A stretch of DNA of 64,000 bases from Octopus vulgaris (Eukaryota), in contig OX597836.1 of NCBI GenBank assembly GCA_951406725.2, positions 744,001-808,000 of the forward strand, given 5' to 3'. The position numbers were made by a program, and so were the translations under genes. The notes beneath the pieces were generated by a model. It did not search any database. It saw nothing but the letters and a program-made list of their open reading frames with translations, and was not told where the DNA came from. Shown piece after piece: positions 13,830-27,329 of the stretch; positions within the stretch are counted from its first letter, which is position 1, and every line of letters begins with the position of its first letter.

Positions 13830-14020
13830 GGTAGTTGAGTGGTAGAATCATTAATTAGAATGTTGAACAAATATCTTTTGGTTTTTAGTTAGAATTTTTC
13901 ACCTTCCAAAGTTAAATGCAAATGAATTCAGTTTCACCTCGTATCCTTTTCGGGTAGAAATAAGTATCAGTCAAATACAGGTCTTGATATGAATGACAGC
14001 ATCCAATCCCCTTATGCTTA
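13830..14020 (+). mobile_element. Meta-like SINE, decayed
   Basis: cacctcgtatccttttcggggtagaaataagtatcagtc. Confidence 0.55.
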
Positions 14021-14435
14021 TATAAAAAAAATCACTATCATAGATCAACAGCTGTTGCTTACAGCAATGACTTCTCTATATAATGTGGTATCAATACCGA
14101 GTTAAGGAGACAGGGCTACCAGAGGGTAAGGTATCTTGGTATCAGTGACACGTACACATTATCAATTTCTCACTCTATCTATTTTAAAAAAATGATTTTA
14201 TGGTGTTGTTTTTTCTTCTATACTTGCAAACAGGAGATGGTTTTTTGAATGAATCAATTGCCAAATGATGATTCATCTTACTACTTAACCAACCAAATGT
14301 GAAGTAGGAGGTTGTAGAATCTGTTTTATAATCTTAGGTGAAATGAAGGCAACAGCTATGTATCTAAAGGCAGCAATAAGATTCAGCTTCCTACCAAAAG
14401 GACAAAAGTGTAATCCAGCATTTTAACCTGGAGCT

Positions 14436-14491
<56 letters not shown>

Positions 14492-15444
14492 TGTGCGTGT
14501 GCGTGCATGAGTGTATGCGTGCATACATGTATGTGTGAATAAATTTTCTTCAACCTGGATTTGAAACCAGCTTGATATCTTTCCCCATTTTTGCTGGCTG
14601 TTTTACCACCTTTACACAGTACAGAGCACCTACTTCTTGTGTATAGTAAAATGCAAATATCTCCCACTTGAGTTTTTAAGTATTAATACTTAGGTCCAGT
14701 TTTATGGTAGGAAGTGGATAAAAGATAAATTTCCTCTTGGACAGTCTACAAAAGATACCATTCGTTAGATGATGTAGTGCCAACTTCTGATAGACAGATG
14801 ATCTGCTCAGAAACACAAAGAAAGCTTGTACTGGAATCAAACTGCATATCAACAAATAGCTAGTCAAATATATACATTCAGCTATCCAATATCTGCATAG
14901 TGTATAGATTATTAATTAATGATATCTTTAAATGCTATGTTTTGTCATTTCTTTCGATCCCCCCTCACTCTCCAACATTATTTGCTCGGTTCCTTTGATC
15001 TTTTCTTCTCATGTTTATTTTATCTCTCTTTAGTTTATCTCTTCTTTTTCCCTCAGTTTATAGCCACTCTTTCACTTTAACTTTGTTCCATCCTCTCAGC
15101 TTAAATAATTATAAAATAACACACACACACACACACACACTGTATGGTCTTAGTTTAGACATGTTGAGTTTGAACATGATTAACTGAGATATATGATTTA
15201 CACTCCTTGCAATAACCTGATAGTTTTTTAGTCTGTTGAATCAATAAGGGTTATTGAATTGCAGAGTTCAAGTTTATATTCTGATATCTGCACTGCATTG
15301 CATATCATCGTGTTTCTAATATACAAGCTTAAACTTCACCAGCATAGGCCAACTAGCTTTAAATAACTAAACAGGTATCATGTACTGGCAACGTTAGCTA
15401 CAATAAGCAGTAAGGAAACAATATACATATATTACATATATTAC

Positions 15445-15686
15445 AGTGCACTCTGTAAAGTGGTAGGCATTAAGAATGGCATACAACTACAGAGACCATG
15501 TTAAAGCAGCCATGCTGGTGCCATGTAAAAGGCATCCAGTTCATTCTGTAAAGTGGTCAGTGTTAGGAAGGACATCCAGCTGCAGAAACCATGCCAAAAC
15601 AGACGACTGGAACTTGGGCATCTCTCCAGCTGGCCACCTTCTATCAAACCATCCAACCTATGCTAGCATAGAGAATGGACATTAAA
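15445..15686 (+). mobile_element. RTE 3' UTR fragment with internal duplication
   Basis: ctgtaaagtgg...agaaaccatg segment present twice. Confidence 0.75.
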
Positions 15687-15688
15687 AT

Positions 15689-15760
<72 letters not shown>

Positions 15761-15935
15761 GGTGTGGCTATGTGGTAAGAAGCTTGCTTCCCAACCACAT
15801 GGTTTTGGGTTCAGTCCCACTGAGTGGCACCTTGGGCAAGTGTCTTCTGCTATAGCCCCAAGCTGACCAAAGCATTGTGAGTGGATTTAGTAGACGGAAA
15901 CTGAAAGAAGCATGTCATATGTGTGTGTGTATATG

Positions 15936-15975
<40 letters not shown>

Positions 15976-16002
15976 CATACAAGCATACATGCATGCATGC
16001 AT

Positions 16003-16038
<36 letters not shown>

Positions 16039-16151
16039 GTGTATGTTTATGTCTGTATTTGGCTCCCTCTGCAGCTTGACAACTGGTGTTGGTGTGTTTA
16101 TGTACCCATAACTTAGTGGTTTGGCAAAAGGGGCCAATAGAATAAGTACCA
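15761..16151 (+). mobile_element. CORE-type tRNA SINE with internal microsatellite
   Basis: A-box-like tggctatgtggtaag, B-box-like gggttcagtccc, CORE-like ggcaccttgggcaagtgtctt. Confidence 0.85.
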
Positions 16152-16194
16152 TATATATGTGTGTGTGTATATATATATATATGTATGTATATAT

Positions 16195-16375
16195 TATCAT
16201 CATCATAATCATCATTTAACGTCTATTGTCCATGCTGGCATGAGTTGGGCAGTTTGACCAGAGCTTGCAAGCTGGGAAGCTGCACTAGACTCCACTCCGA
16301 TTTCTATAGCTGGTTGCCATTCCTAACACCAACCACTTTTCAGAATATGCTGGGTGCTTTTATGTAGCATTGCAT
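16195..16375 (-). mobile_element. RTE 3' UTR fragment
   Basis: (CAT)n tttaacgtc tail. Confidence 0.75.
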
Positions 16376-16424
16376 GGGTGCTATACATACATATGTATGT
16401 ATACATATATATTTTATTGGAGGA

Positions 16425-17530
16425 GGCCGGTTTATGGGATAATATCTGAGGTCAAATTGTTCCATATTTATGAGAGACCTATACTCTACATCTACTCCTA
16501 CTCCATGAAGAGCTCTCAGATATTTTAGCAAAACCTTAAGTAACTGTGGGCCTTTGAATTCCAAACTGCTGCAATACATGGTCCTCACACTAGATGGGAC
16601 AGCCGGGATCTTTGGGACAGTACAGCAACGTCCAGTTCAGAGGCTGGTATAGCTCTCAATGCCAAAGTTTGGTGCCAACCCCTCCAGGATCTTCCATATA
16701 GATATCACTGCATACCTCTCCCGTCTTTGCTCCAGGGAGTAGAGTTGTAGCTCTATTGATGCAATACTCCTGGTGCAGCACCACTGAACTGCCTCAAGTT
16801 CTGCTTTCACTTTGACACTGTTGGGTGACCACAGTTGAGAGCAGTAGTCCAAACAGCTGAGTATGATATCCTCCATATAATTGGCATGGTTTCTTGGTCC
16901 CTTGTTCCGAAAGTCCTCAGAATCCATCCAGTCATTCACATACACATTGCCACTATCTAGGTGATGTGTACATGAAACGAGGCATGGTTACTCACATCAA
17001 TTCCCAGAGTCATGTACAGTACATGACTCTGGGCTTGCTATAGATTTTGATCCAAGAGGGCTTGGAATTTCCATGCATTTATTTGCATGTTGTTTTCTTC
17101 AGCCCATCTATATATGGCATCTCATTCTTTCTGTAGAAGATCAGCATCAGAAGTTTCCTTGACTGCTTGTACTACCTGCGTCATCAGCATAGCTAGTAAG
17201 TGTGGTTGTCTGTGCAAATGATGGCATATCTGAAAGAGCCACCATAAACAACAGAGGCCCCCAAGAAAGATCTTTGAGGCACTCCACTCTGTTACTGTCT
17301 GCTTGGACAGGGCTCCACTGGCTGGCACAGCCTGGCTTCTGTCTTTTAAGAAGTCATGTAACCACTCTCAGTTTTCTAACTATACCAAGTCTCTGTAGCC
17401 TGTAACATATCATCCCATGATTGACCTTATCAAAAGCTTTTGCAAAGTCAAGATATATCATATCTCCATATAAGCAAAAGCTGTGTAAGGCAGCTTCTTC
17501 TTGAAGAGAAACCATGCTGGGTCACAGGAA
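16425..17530 (-). mobile_element. CR1-clade LINE RT relic
   Basis: YLDFAKAFDKVNHG, SYADD, LDYCSQLWSP...ELEAVQ...LYSLEQRRERYAVISIWKILEGL, broken by frameshifts and stops. Confidence 0.9.
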
Positions 17531-18685
17531 CAAGTAAGAGGGATTCAACAAGTTAAGTAGTAAACCTCAAGATTACAGCTTCTTGCTGTATTTACCCTCA
17601 AAGTCAAGTGAAAGAAACTTCTCAACCTTAAGACACCATGCTGCCCAAAACTTTACAATGCCCCTCACTTGACACTAAAATTATATTTTTGAAACTTTAA
17701 TTGATTTTTTTGAATCAAAGGCCAGCATTATAATTTATTTTTAATTTTGATGTTTGACTGATAGGAAAGACATGATGTCTAATGCAATTGAAATTATGAA
17801 ATTTGATGCCAACCATCACACAGGAAATTATATAATGTGAATGAAAGAGTTAAGTTCTATGGAGTAGCTTATAAGTGCACAGTTAATTACTCTCACGCTA
17901 AGACTATCAAAGACAAAAGCACAGCCTGTCAGTAATTCTGTTGATATTATGTCAAGCCCCGGTTAGCTGATCAGCTCATGTTATAACACCTAACAAGCTA
18001 ACAAGAATAAGACTTGTCATGTGGTGTAACGGGTCTGCTATAAGCACAGATCTCATAACTGTTCTGTCATCAAGCAATGGCAGAACTTACACATTCTTCT
18101 GAATAAGTGCTGTTTATAGTTGATGCAATCAATAAATGGTGATGACACAGTATTGTTACACAAATGCACGCCCTTTGTTGAAAAATGCTCTGAGTATTAT
18201 ATCTTTAGAATCCTATTGAAGACACATAAAATAGAAATTAAGTGTTGGGAAGAAAACTAGATAAGTAAAACTAGGCAGTATCTAAGCAAATCTCCATGTT
18301 CATCTATAGGTGCATGCCACTGCTGTCTTCATCATTATCAACATATAACGTCTGCCTCTAATGATTGCTTAAATTAAACTGTTTAACAGGATCCAACATG
18401 TCAGAGGACTACATCATGCTCCAATGCCTGCTTCAGTACCATTTCCATAGATAACTTCTCTTCCTAATGCAATCAGCCAATAGAATATACCGAATGTGTT
18501 CTTTGTGGCACAAGAACTAACGAGGGCATCTTGCAAATTGTGAGAGGAAGGGATAAGAAAGACCTCTACAGGAACTGGTGTTGGAAATTAATAAGATAGG
18601 GGAGGACTGAGAGATAAGATGGGTTTTATATATAAATACATCATCTGCCTGCCTGTCTGTCTATCTATCTCTGCATATACATTTA

Positions 18686-18760
<75 letters not shown>

Positions 18761-18761
18761 G

Positions 18762-18950
18762 ATGTGATAAAGCCGTCAACACCAAACAGTTCCTCAGAGA
18801 CCTAACCCTGAATAGCTACCCCATCTTTAGCTAAACAATGGTGCCTGAAGAATATCAAGGTCAATAAACCCCAGAAGAACCATCATACTCCCAAGTCCGG
18901 TATGTGTTTTCTAAAGCTTCCACACTTTGACGGCAGAACTGTAGGAAGAA
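18762..18950 (+). mobile_element. Penelope-like RT thumb fragment
   Basis: FLRDLTLNSYP...MCFLKLPHF resembles the PLE L..NGYP...LPY region; flanked by (TA)n. Confidence 0.5.
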
Positions 18951-19077
18951 AGTTAGCTTCAAGCTATCCATAGTAAATATAAAAAATCAACTTTCAGGGA
19001 CAATAGTGGGTTATTGTGATGGAAGATTGTGGAGTTTTTTCGTATTGAAGGATGACAAGCTGAAAATATATGTATAT

Positions 19078-19232
19078 ATCATCATCATCATCATTTAGTG
19101 TCTGCTGTCGATGCTGGCATGGGTTGGACGGCTTGACCAGGGCTGGCAAGCTGGAAGGCTGCACCAGACTCCAGTCTGATTTGACATGGTTTCTACAACT
19201 GGATGCCCTTCCTGACGCCAACCACTCCGTGA
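19078..19232 (-). mobile_element. RTE 3' tail
   Basis: Near-consensus tail with retained CpGs. Confidence 0.85.
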
Positions 19233-19239
19233 GTGGGCA

Positions 19240-19988
19240 GAGTTCCTCATTCTGCTATCTAGTAGGCTCTAAGGAAGTCAAGATTAGACACGAGTGGCTT
19301 GTTAGTGCTGTACAATCTATGTATAAGGTTGCTGTCAGTTGCATGAGATTCAGCCTTGAGTACAATCATGAATTTAGTGTACAAGTAAGAGTTCACCAGA
19401 ATTTGGTTTTCAGTCTCGTCTTATTCATCATAGACTTCCAGGTCATTACAAGGTAATTTAAAACTGGGAACCCAAAGGAGCTGCTATATGCAGAGGACCT
19501 CACTCTTGTAGGACAACCTGTATCAGAATTGGAAAAGAAATTCCATGTATGGAAGTAAAACTGGAACCGAAGGGCCTTAAAGTTGATCTAGTGAAGACCA
19601 AAGTTGTTGTTAGCAACAAAGCAGTTAACACTCTCCTTCTGTCAGGTAAAAGATCCTGCTCAATATGTGGGGAAGATGTTGGAAGGAATTCCATTCATTG
19701 CACTCAGTGCAAGCTATGAACAAATAACAGGTGCAGTGGAATCACAGGTAAGTTAACGGAGAAAGTGACAGACTCGCAAGAACAATAAACATCAAAGACA
19801 CATAGGAATTAGATGTTCCCAAATGCCCAGGAGATTCCCTTGAGGTATTTGTCAACTGTATCCTTGCTACCATGTTGTTGCTTCCCTATATACCTGTGTT
19901 TCACCATTCACTGCATTCCCCTTTCCTTCTACTCCATTTCCATTCACTTCCTTGTACATCTAGGGTATGCCCTAACATATCATCACCA

Positions 19989-20024
<36 letters not shown>

Positions 20025-20370
20025 CCTCCAACTGGGGTGACCATGTATCTCCTCTACAGCAAGACACTTGTTTCTCTCTCTCTGCAATAGTTTAACTCAT
20101 CCCCTGGCACAAATGCTCCCTCAATACCAATAACCCCTCTCAGTTGGGGAATCTTTGTCTTGCAACTTCCCTGGTTATCTTATCATGCTGGTGCTACATA
20201 AAAAGTACCCAGTACACCCTGTAAAATGGTTGGTGTTAGGATGGGCATCTAAATGTAGAAACCATGTCAAAGCTGATAGTAGGGCTTGGTGCAGTCTTCT
20301 GGTTTGCCAGCTCCTGCCAAAATGTCTAACCCACAGCAGCATGGAAGACAGATGTTAAACGATAATAATG
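19240..20370 (+). mobile_element. RTE LINE relic (RT fragment plus 3' UTR)
   Basis: ELLYAEDL, GLKVDLVKTK, CSICGEDVGRNSIHCTQC; tail ends near 20370. Confidence 0.85.
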
Positions 20371-20378
20371 ATATGCGT

Positions 20379-20424
<46 letters not shown>

Positions 20425-23400
20425 CTCTATAGTTACAAAACTTGCTTTCCAACTATGTTATCTCTGGGTCAGTCTCACTGCATGGCACCTTGTGCAAGTG
20501 ACTTGTATTATAGCTTCAAAAAAATTCCATCTGACCCATGCAAACAGAAAAGTAGACGTTAAAACAATGATAATTAAAAATATATATGTAAACATTTACA
20601 TACACACACACAAACACACACATATATACATACAAACATACGTTTCATACATATATATGTGTGTGGTGATGATCATATATGAGTGTGTGTATGTGTGTTT
20701 TTGTACAGGAATAAAGTAGGGAAGGCTGATTTCAAGATCTGAGCCAAGGAGGAGATGACAAGGAACTGAGATGATTGGCGATTCAATGTGCTTCAGAAAC
20801 CCTGTCCATCATTGTAAAAAAATGATATTCTGAAAGCATTCTGTTTATGCTTGTAACTCAATCTGCCCCATGAACATTTGCCACATTTCATTCACCCAAC
20901 ACTCTATATTTGGCACTAATTAGCAACTGTAATCCCTTGAAGACAGAATTAACACATATTACTCTGCTCCACTTTCTTTGTGCAATCAGTTACCTCCAGC
21001 CCCACTGGAACCACTTCCATCCCTTATTTTCATTATCCTTTCTTCTCCAATGCTATTTCCATAGACGACTTCTTTTCTGTTCCCTTAGTAACCACTTTCC
21101 TTTGCAATACTCCATTTTCATATCTCACATATCTACTATCATTCTCAACATCCTTTCATATCTGCCATCACACCTATGTACCTCTACCATAACCACCTTT
21201 ATGTACCTCTACATTTATGACCTTGGGTTATAGATGTGAGTCAATTTGGTAGACAAATACTGAAAGAAGCCCATTGCATGTGTGTTGTGTGAGTGTGTAC
21301 ACATTCTTTTATTCTTTTATTTGTTTCAGTCACTTGACTGTGGTCATGCTGGAGCACTGCCTTTATATAGGATATAAAAAAAGAAATGCATGAATTTCAC
21401 ATACAATTCATAATTTGCCCAGTTGACCTCTACATCTGTTTCAATGGCATACAACATCATTGTTTATTTGATTACACAATTATAATAGACATTTAATTGA
21501 CTCAAATGTGATGTATTAACCCATCTCATCAAGATATATTGATAACAGAAAACTGTTACTAATATAAAAGAGTGTTCACTGATTTAAACAATGGTCTTGC
21601 TGGGGGCATTGAGTGTTACTGTTTGCTTGTAGTCCACTGCAAAATATGGTCCAACAGCTTGGAGTATATCTGAATGGAAGTAGGTGTTGCAAGACTTGCT
21701 TAGCAAAGAGTAACCATTCTAAAATATTGGACACAATCAAAATTCTGTCTTGAATTCAAAACACAAAATATTTGAATGCTGCCCTTGTGAATGGAAATTT
21801 GAGAGGATGATATGGTTCTCCCTATTTTCAGATGCAGGAATGATAGACATGTACATGCACAACCACACACACACACACACAGCTGTTATGTTGGTTGTGT
21901 CAACCATCATGGTTGACACAAAGGTGGGGAAAATCTTTCTTGGAAAATGTTAGAACTTTTCCCTTCATTTCACTCCAGTTCTTTCCCCCAAGATTGAGCC
22001 AACCAGAACTATGCATACCTCCAGCATCAAAGAGGCAATGTGTTTCCAGCCAGAATGTCTGCAGATTCATCGATATTTCCAAGTGCAATAGTTGGCATGA
22101 AATTGTTGGTAACAGACCAGTTATATGCCATAACCAGTAATATACAGCATGATACTACACACACACACATGTATGTATACGAGTGTGTGATTTTGAATAT
22201 GTATGCTTATCTTTTTATATGTGTGTCTTTAGTTATATTTAAATTGTTGAAATTTAAATATTTCCTCATATTTCTTGTTTCTATAATCTTTGCTGAAGAA
22301 TTTTCCTGTGTTTGAGTATGTGTACATACATACAAATACAGACATGCATACACACACACACATACGTGTGTGAGTGTGTGTGTATTACAACAACAACAAT
22401 GAACAACTCAAAATCTTTCAATCCTATAAAGAACAAGTTGGTCATAGGTGCAAGTCCAGAAATTCTTTGCTGTCAGCAAAACAAATCCAGACTAACATGA
22501 TGCATAACAATAGTGGAAACAGTGCCATGACTCAGGTACCTCAAAATTAATGTGTCCACTTCTGTTTTTCTTTAGTTCCTGCAAATTATCCAACTTTCAG
22601 AAATATATAATCCAGCTGGATATATCTTGAAAACATGAATATGCATACATAACTGTATTTCCCTTTAGCATGCAGATGGATTATCCCTACTAAATAGTTG
22701 TGAGGCTGCTTTGGCTTTGCATTTTTCACCCCCTGTCTAAGGCAGTATTGAAGATGTAGTGACAGATGAAAGAAAACATATCCACAAAACGCCATAAAGC
22801 ACAGGCTGGGGGTACATATTAGCTTTGTATATTGCATGGATAGCACTGGCAGGTTGGTCAGGCATCTCTTGGGGATCATATTATTTTCCTACAAAAGTTA
22901 TGTATTTCAACTGATAAATACATATCCAACAACAATAAAAGGAATGTGAGGATCAGGAGCAAAATCACACACACACACACACACGTGTTGGCACTTATCA
23001 AAGTGGCAAGTGCCAACAAACATTAACTCTTGGTCCTTGAGTCACTCTGTAACTTCTGTCAATATTAATGAAAAATGTATATATCTACTCATGGTCTGAG
23101 TTCTATTTTCCTGTTTGCATCCCCCAGCTGATATGTGTGTTTGTGTGCATGTGTGTGTGTCTATGTGTGTGTGTGTGTGAATGTGTGTGTGTGTTTGTGT
23201 ATCTTTTTTCATAAGGACTTTTGACAATTTATATTGTTAATAGCAGCAGCCTACCCTGAGTTTTCACTCATAACACTTGCCTGATGACAAGTCCAACACA
23301 AATTATCAGGATTTATAATCTTTTATCATCTCATCTATATAACATACATGACTAAAAGTAAAAAAAAAACATAAAATGGCTTTATGGCAGGGGACACAAG

Positions 23401-23792
23401 GACTTTTGACATTCTATATCCAATAATTTATCTAGTCATCATATGCACATTGTAACTATCATGTAACCAGTTATCTGCATACTATTATTATTGCTCTGCA
23501 GTGAACATTGTTCAAAGCCATCTTTAGATGCTCATAGACCTGATTCTTTATCAAAGAAGTGGGCATCCACACCATTAAAATATGATGATACTATACCATT
23601 TATGAGCCACCTAGATCTTTATGCTGCAACACCCATAACATACCTTAAGAAAGCACTGCCTGTGTCACTATATCTCTATAAAACAATATTAATATATTTA
23701 CAGGGAAAAAACCCCAAAAGACAATTGAACTATCCAATCAAACTTTAAAAATCAAACAAAATATTCACCAAAACAAAGCCTTTAAAAGTCAG

Positions 23793-23865
23793 TCCTACCT
23801 GTCTGTTGTTGAAATATTGCAAAATTCATTCTGAAACTTACCTGCAAGGAAAATAGAAAATATAT
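23793..23865 (-). promoter_or_regulatory. Candidate recursive splice site with 43-nt RS-exon
   Basis: Minus strand attttctattttccttgcAG|GTAAGTtt (junction 23842/23841), then CAG|GTAGGA at 23799/23798. Confidence 0.65.
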
Positions 23866-24151
23866 GGTAATTAATAAATTCACTTTTATTCATGATTAGC
23901 ATTTTGTTACATTTAACAATAAAGACATATTTTTTTCTCATGTCTTTTTTATCAGCAAATATGATTCACTGAGAAATATACCTGTTCCGAATTAGGAAGT
24001 GGTATTCAACTTTTGCATAGACTCACAATAAAAAAAAAGGAAAGAAAAAACATAAAAAAATATACTGTTGACTCATAGTTTTATTTATGTATAATTATTT
24101 GTATACTGATAGATATGAATAATTAAAACTGCATGTTTATGTGCATGTGTG

Positions 24152-24292
24152 TAGGAAGGGCATCCAGCTGTAGCAACTATGCCAAATCAAACTGGAGTTT
24201 GGTGCTGCCTTCCAGTTTGCCAGCCATGGTCAAACCAAGCAAACCATGCCAGCATGAACAATGGACATTCAATGATGATGAGGATGATGATG
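24152..24292 (+). mobile_element. RTE 3' tail
   Basis: taggaagggcatccagctgtag...gatgatg. Confidence 0.8.
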
Positions 24293-24309
24293 ATATATAT
24301 ATACACATA

Positions 24310-24522
24310 CAGTGGTACTGAAAAGTTCCTGGCTTTGAGTAAAAGAAAATACAGGAGGATCAGTTAATTATAACTTTATTCAACATCTTCCCGTCACAGA
24401 TTCACACACTTATGGCAGCAGTCCTTCAATTTTTCTAAGACCCACAAAAGAACTCAGAAGGTTGGGCCTCCAACAAGGCTTTCGTGATACCCTTAAAGCT
24501 AGGAACTTTTCAGCACTCCTCG
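24310..24522 (-). mobile_element. Internally deleted mariner (MITE)
   Basis: TA on both sides; TIRs cagtggtactgaaaagttcctggcttt / aaagctaggaacttttcagcactcctcg; internal KCVNL*REDVE* mariner C-terminus. Confidence 0.85.
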
Positions 24523-24555
24523 TATACATATATACATACATATATATATATATAT

Positions 24556-24666
<111 letters not shown>

Positions 24667-24735
24667 GGAGTAAACATATAAATGTGAAACAAGGTGGAAA
24701 AAAGAGTACTCAAATACCAGTGGTAGAGTAATTTG

Positions 24736-24773
24736 CTGTCCGACGAACGGCAACGTGAAACTCAGAATAACAG
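24736..24773 (+). ncRNA. Minimal type-I hammerhead motif (variant CCGACGA core) in a Penelope-like terminal repeat (24664-24796)
   Basis: CUGU-CCGACGA-ACG(GCAA)CGU-GAAA-CUCAGA-AUA-ACAG; helix I CUGU/ACAG. Confidence 0.6.
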
Positions 24774-24794
24774 GTTTTGTTGAATTTTCTGCTG

Positions 24795-24833
<39 letters not shown>

Positions 24834-25373
24834 AATATCTATACACACACACATGTACTATATATATATATTTTTTTATAGGGGATCCATAAAGGATTGA
24901 GGTATGTCAAAGTGAAGCATGCCACAAATTGGCTAGACAGAATGATGCAAAACAAACAATTAATTCATTATCATAGCACAGAATGCATTGATAAAGGTTA
25001 GTTCACTGCTGGAAGGTAATCCATAACTTTAGTAGTATCCAAAAGTATCCAATGTTAACTGGAACCCTAACTACGGTGTAAAAACAGAAAAAAAAAATGA
25101 CTAATGTGTTATGTGTTATGGTTACAATTGTTTTGTGAAGACTCTTTTTCTTATAACATAAGCATAGCACAGTCAGGTATTCAGTATGTATGACATTCAA
25201 CTCTCAACTCATCAGGGAAACCAAGCAAACAAATGAACAATGATGCGATCATTTTGCACCCTGGATGTATGATAAGGATTACACTTCTCACCAATGTTAT
25301 ACAGGGGTAAAAATGTGTAGAAACAATTATAACGATTTAAGATAAATAATGTTCATTCTATTTTCTATCATTA

Positions 25374-25480
<107 letters not shown>

Positions 25481-26549
25481 CTATATATATATATATTTAT
25501 ATTTATATATATATATATATCTATATCAGCAACAACACACGTTTGATAAGCAAATGGTTACTATTAACTCCAGATCACGACAGACAGAGTGGAAGCTCTT
25601 GAAGCTGAGAGTTTTAACTTACGGAGACAATATTTACATATCACCTAAGGAAGCACAACTAGATCTCATAATGCAGGGAAACAGTTGCATAATCAAATAG
25701 CAGCACGCCTGGAGAACTACAAACAATATATGCCCAACCATACTCTTGTTGACATATAATGTTTATGCAAGCACAAATAGACATAAGAATGCATATATAA
25801 CGCACTGCATGACATTCTGTTCATTATCTGTTAACACAAGAATATAAATTTGGCACTTTTTAAGAGCCTAACTCTATTTAGCTGTGCTAAACAGTACCAG
25901 TTTTGCAAGGGAATATTGACACATATAACAACTCACAACCGCATCTATAAGTACAGTATTTTATCAATCACTTAATACATAGAATAAAAAAAATTATGAA
26001 TATCAATATGTAGCATTAAAATTTATGTGCTAAATTTCTTTTTTTTTTTTTGTTTGTGTGTGCATCTTTTCATCTATAAATTTGATGGCATTATGGTAAG
26101 GCTAAAGCAATTGTCTCATGTGGGAAAGAATTCCTTTTACTTCACTAAGAATGGAAAGAAAAACACAAACTTTTAAACAGACTTAGAAACATGTGTGAAA
26201 GTGTGTGTGTATAGTAGGTAATAAAGACACCAATCTGTGTGTGTGTGTGTGCATGTCAGATATAAATACAGACACAGAAACATATGAACATATGCACACA
26301 CACACACACTTGAACTCCTGAGTAATTTGTGATAGACTCAGGCACTTCAAAACAATGTTTATTTTTCCTTTGAACTAACAGCTATCTTCCCTCTTAGGAT
26401 GGAGTAATGTATGTGTGACGAGGGGTGTTACTGAAAGTAAAATACTGGTTGTGAGTTATAAGAATTGCCTTTCAGAAGGATGTAAGCTACACAACCTTTC
26501 CTTTCACCCTTTCCTAACAAATGAAAAATAAATGCAGTTTTATTAGAAT

Positions 26550-27015
26550 AATTGTTTCTAATTTAGGCACAAAGCCATCAATATTTGGGAATTGAGGTTA
26601 GTTGATGCCATCTAGCCTAGGACTGGACTGGTACTTTATTTTATCATCTCTGAAAGGTTGAAAGGCAAGATTAACTTTGGACTTAGGATGTGAAGAGCTG
26701 GAACAAATAAATCATTGTTTTGTAATAAATCATTGTTTTCCTCTAACTACCAATCAATCATCCTGATAATGATGATGATGGTTTCTGATTTAAGCACAAA
26801 GCCACTAATTATGAACGGAAGGGATTCAGTCAATACTATTAGCTAAAAGCTGATGGTACTTTATTCTATCAAACCTGAAAGGATGAAAGACAAAGTTGTC
26901 TTTGGATGAGATTTGATCTCAGAATGTAAAGATCGAAAGTAAATATTGCAAGGCAAATTTTTCTAACACTGTAAGGAATTTGCTTTCTCCACCTTCGTGA
27001 TAATAATAATAATAA
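26550..27015 (-). mobile_element. Two tandem Meta-like SINE copies
   Basis: ggtactttattttatc...gaaaggttgaaaggcaag and ggtactttattctatc...gaaaggatgaaagacaaagttg. Confidence 0.7.
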
Positions 27016-27329
27016 TCATAGCATTAATCTCTTCTTTATAAGCCACAAGGGCTTAAAGAGATGATAAATACATAACTTTCATTAGGGAAACAAAGAAGGC
27101 ATAATGTGGAGTCTTAAAAATCATGTTTAAAAATGGAAAGGGAGCAGGTAAGAGATATATTCATTATATGAATGCATCAAGAATTTTAAAGGTACCCCTC
27201 CCCTCAACCCACGTGTGCAAACACACACACACACACACACTCACACAGTTGCATGGAAATGAAACAAAGCACAATCAAAACAAGATAGAATTTAAAGAAA
27301 TAAAACATGAGAGATTTTCTGGTTAAGTT

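Noticed and set aside
14745-14863. Plus-strand YKRYHSLDDVVPTSD... short frame after an AG
   Set aside because: No recognisable homology or partner exons
25623-25644. Possible 22-nt minus-strand microexon (VICKYCL) with GTAAGT donor
   Set aside because: Short pyrimidine tract with a nearby upstream AG; no supporting context
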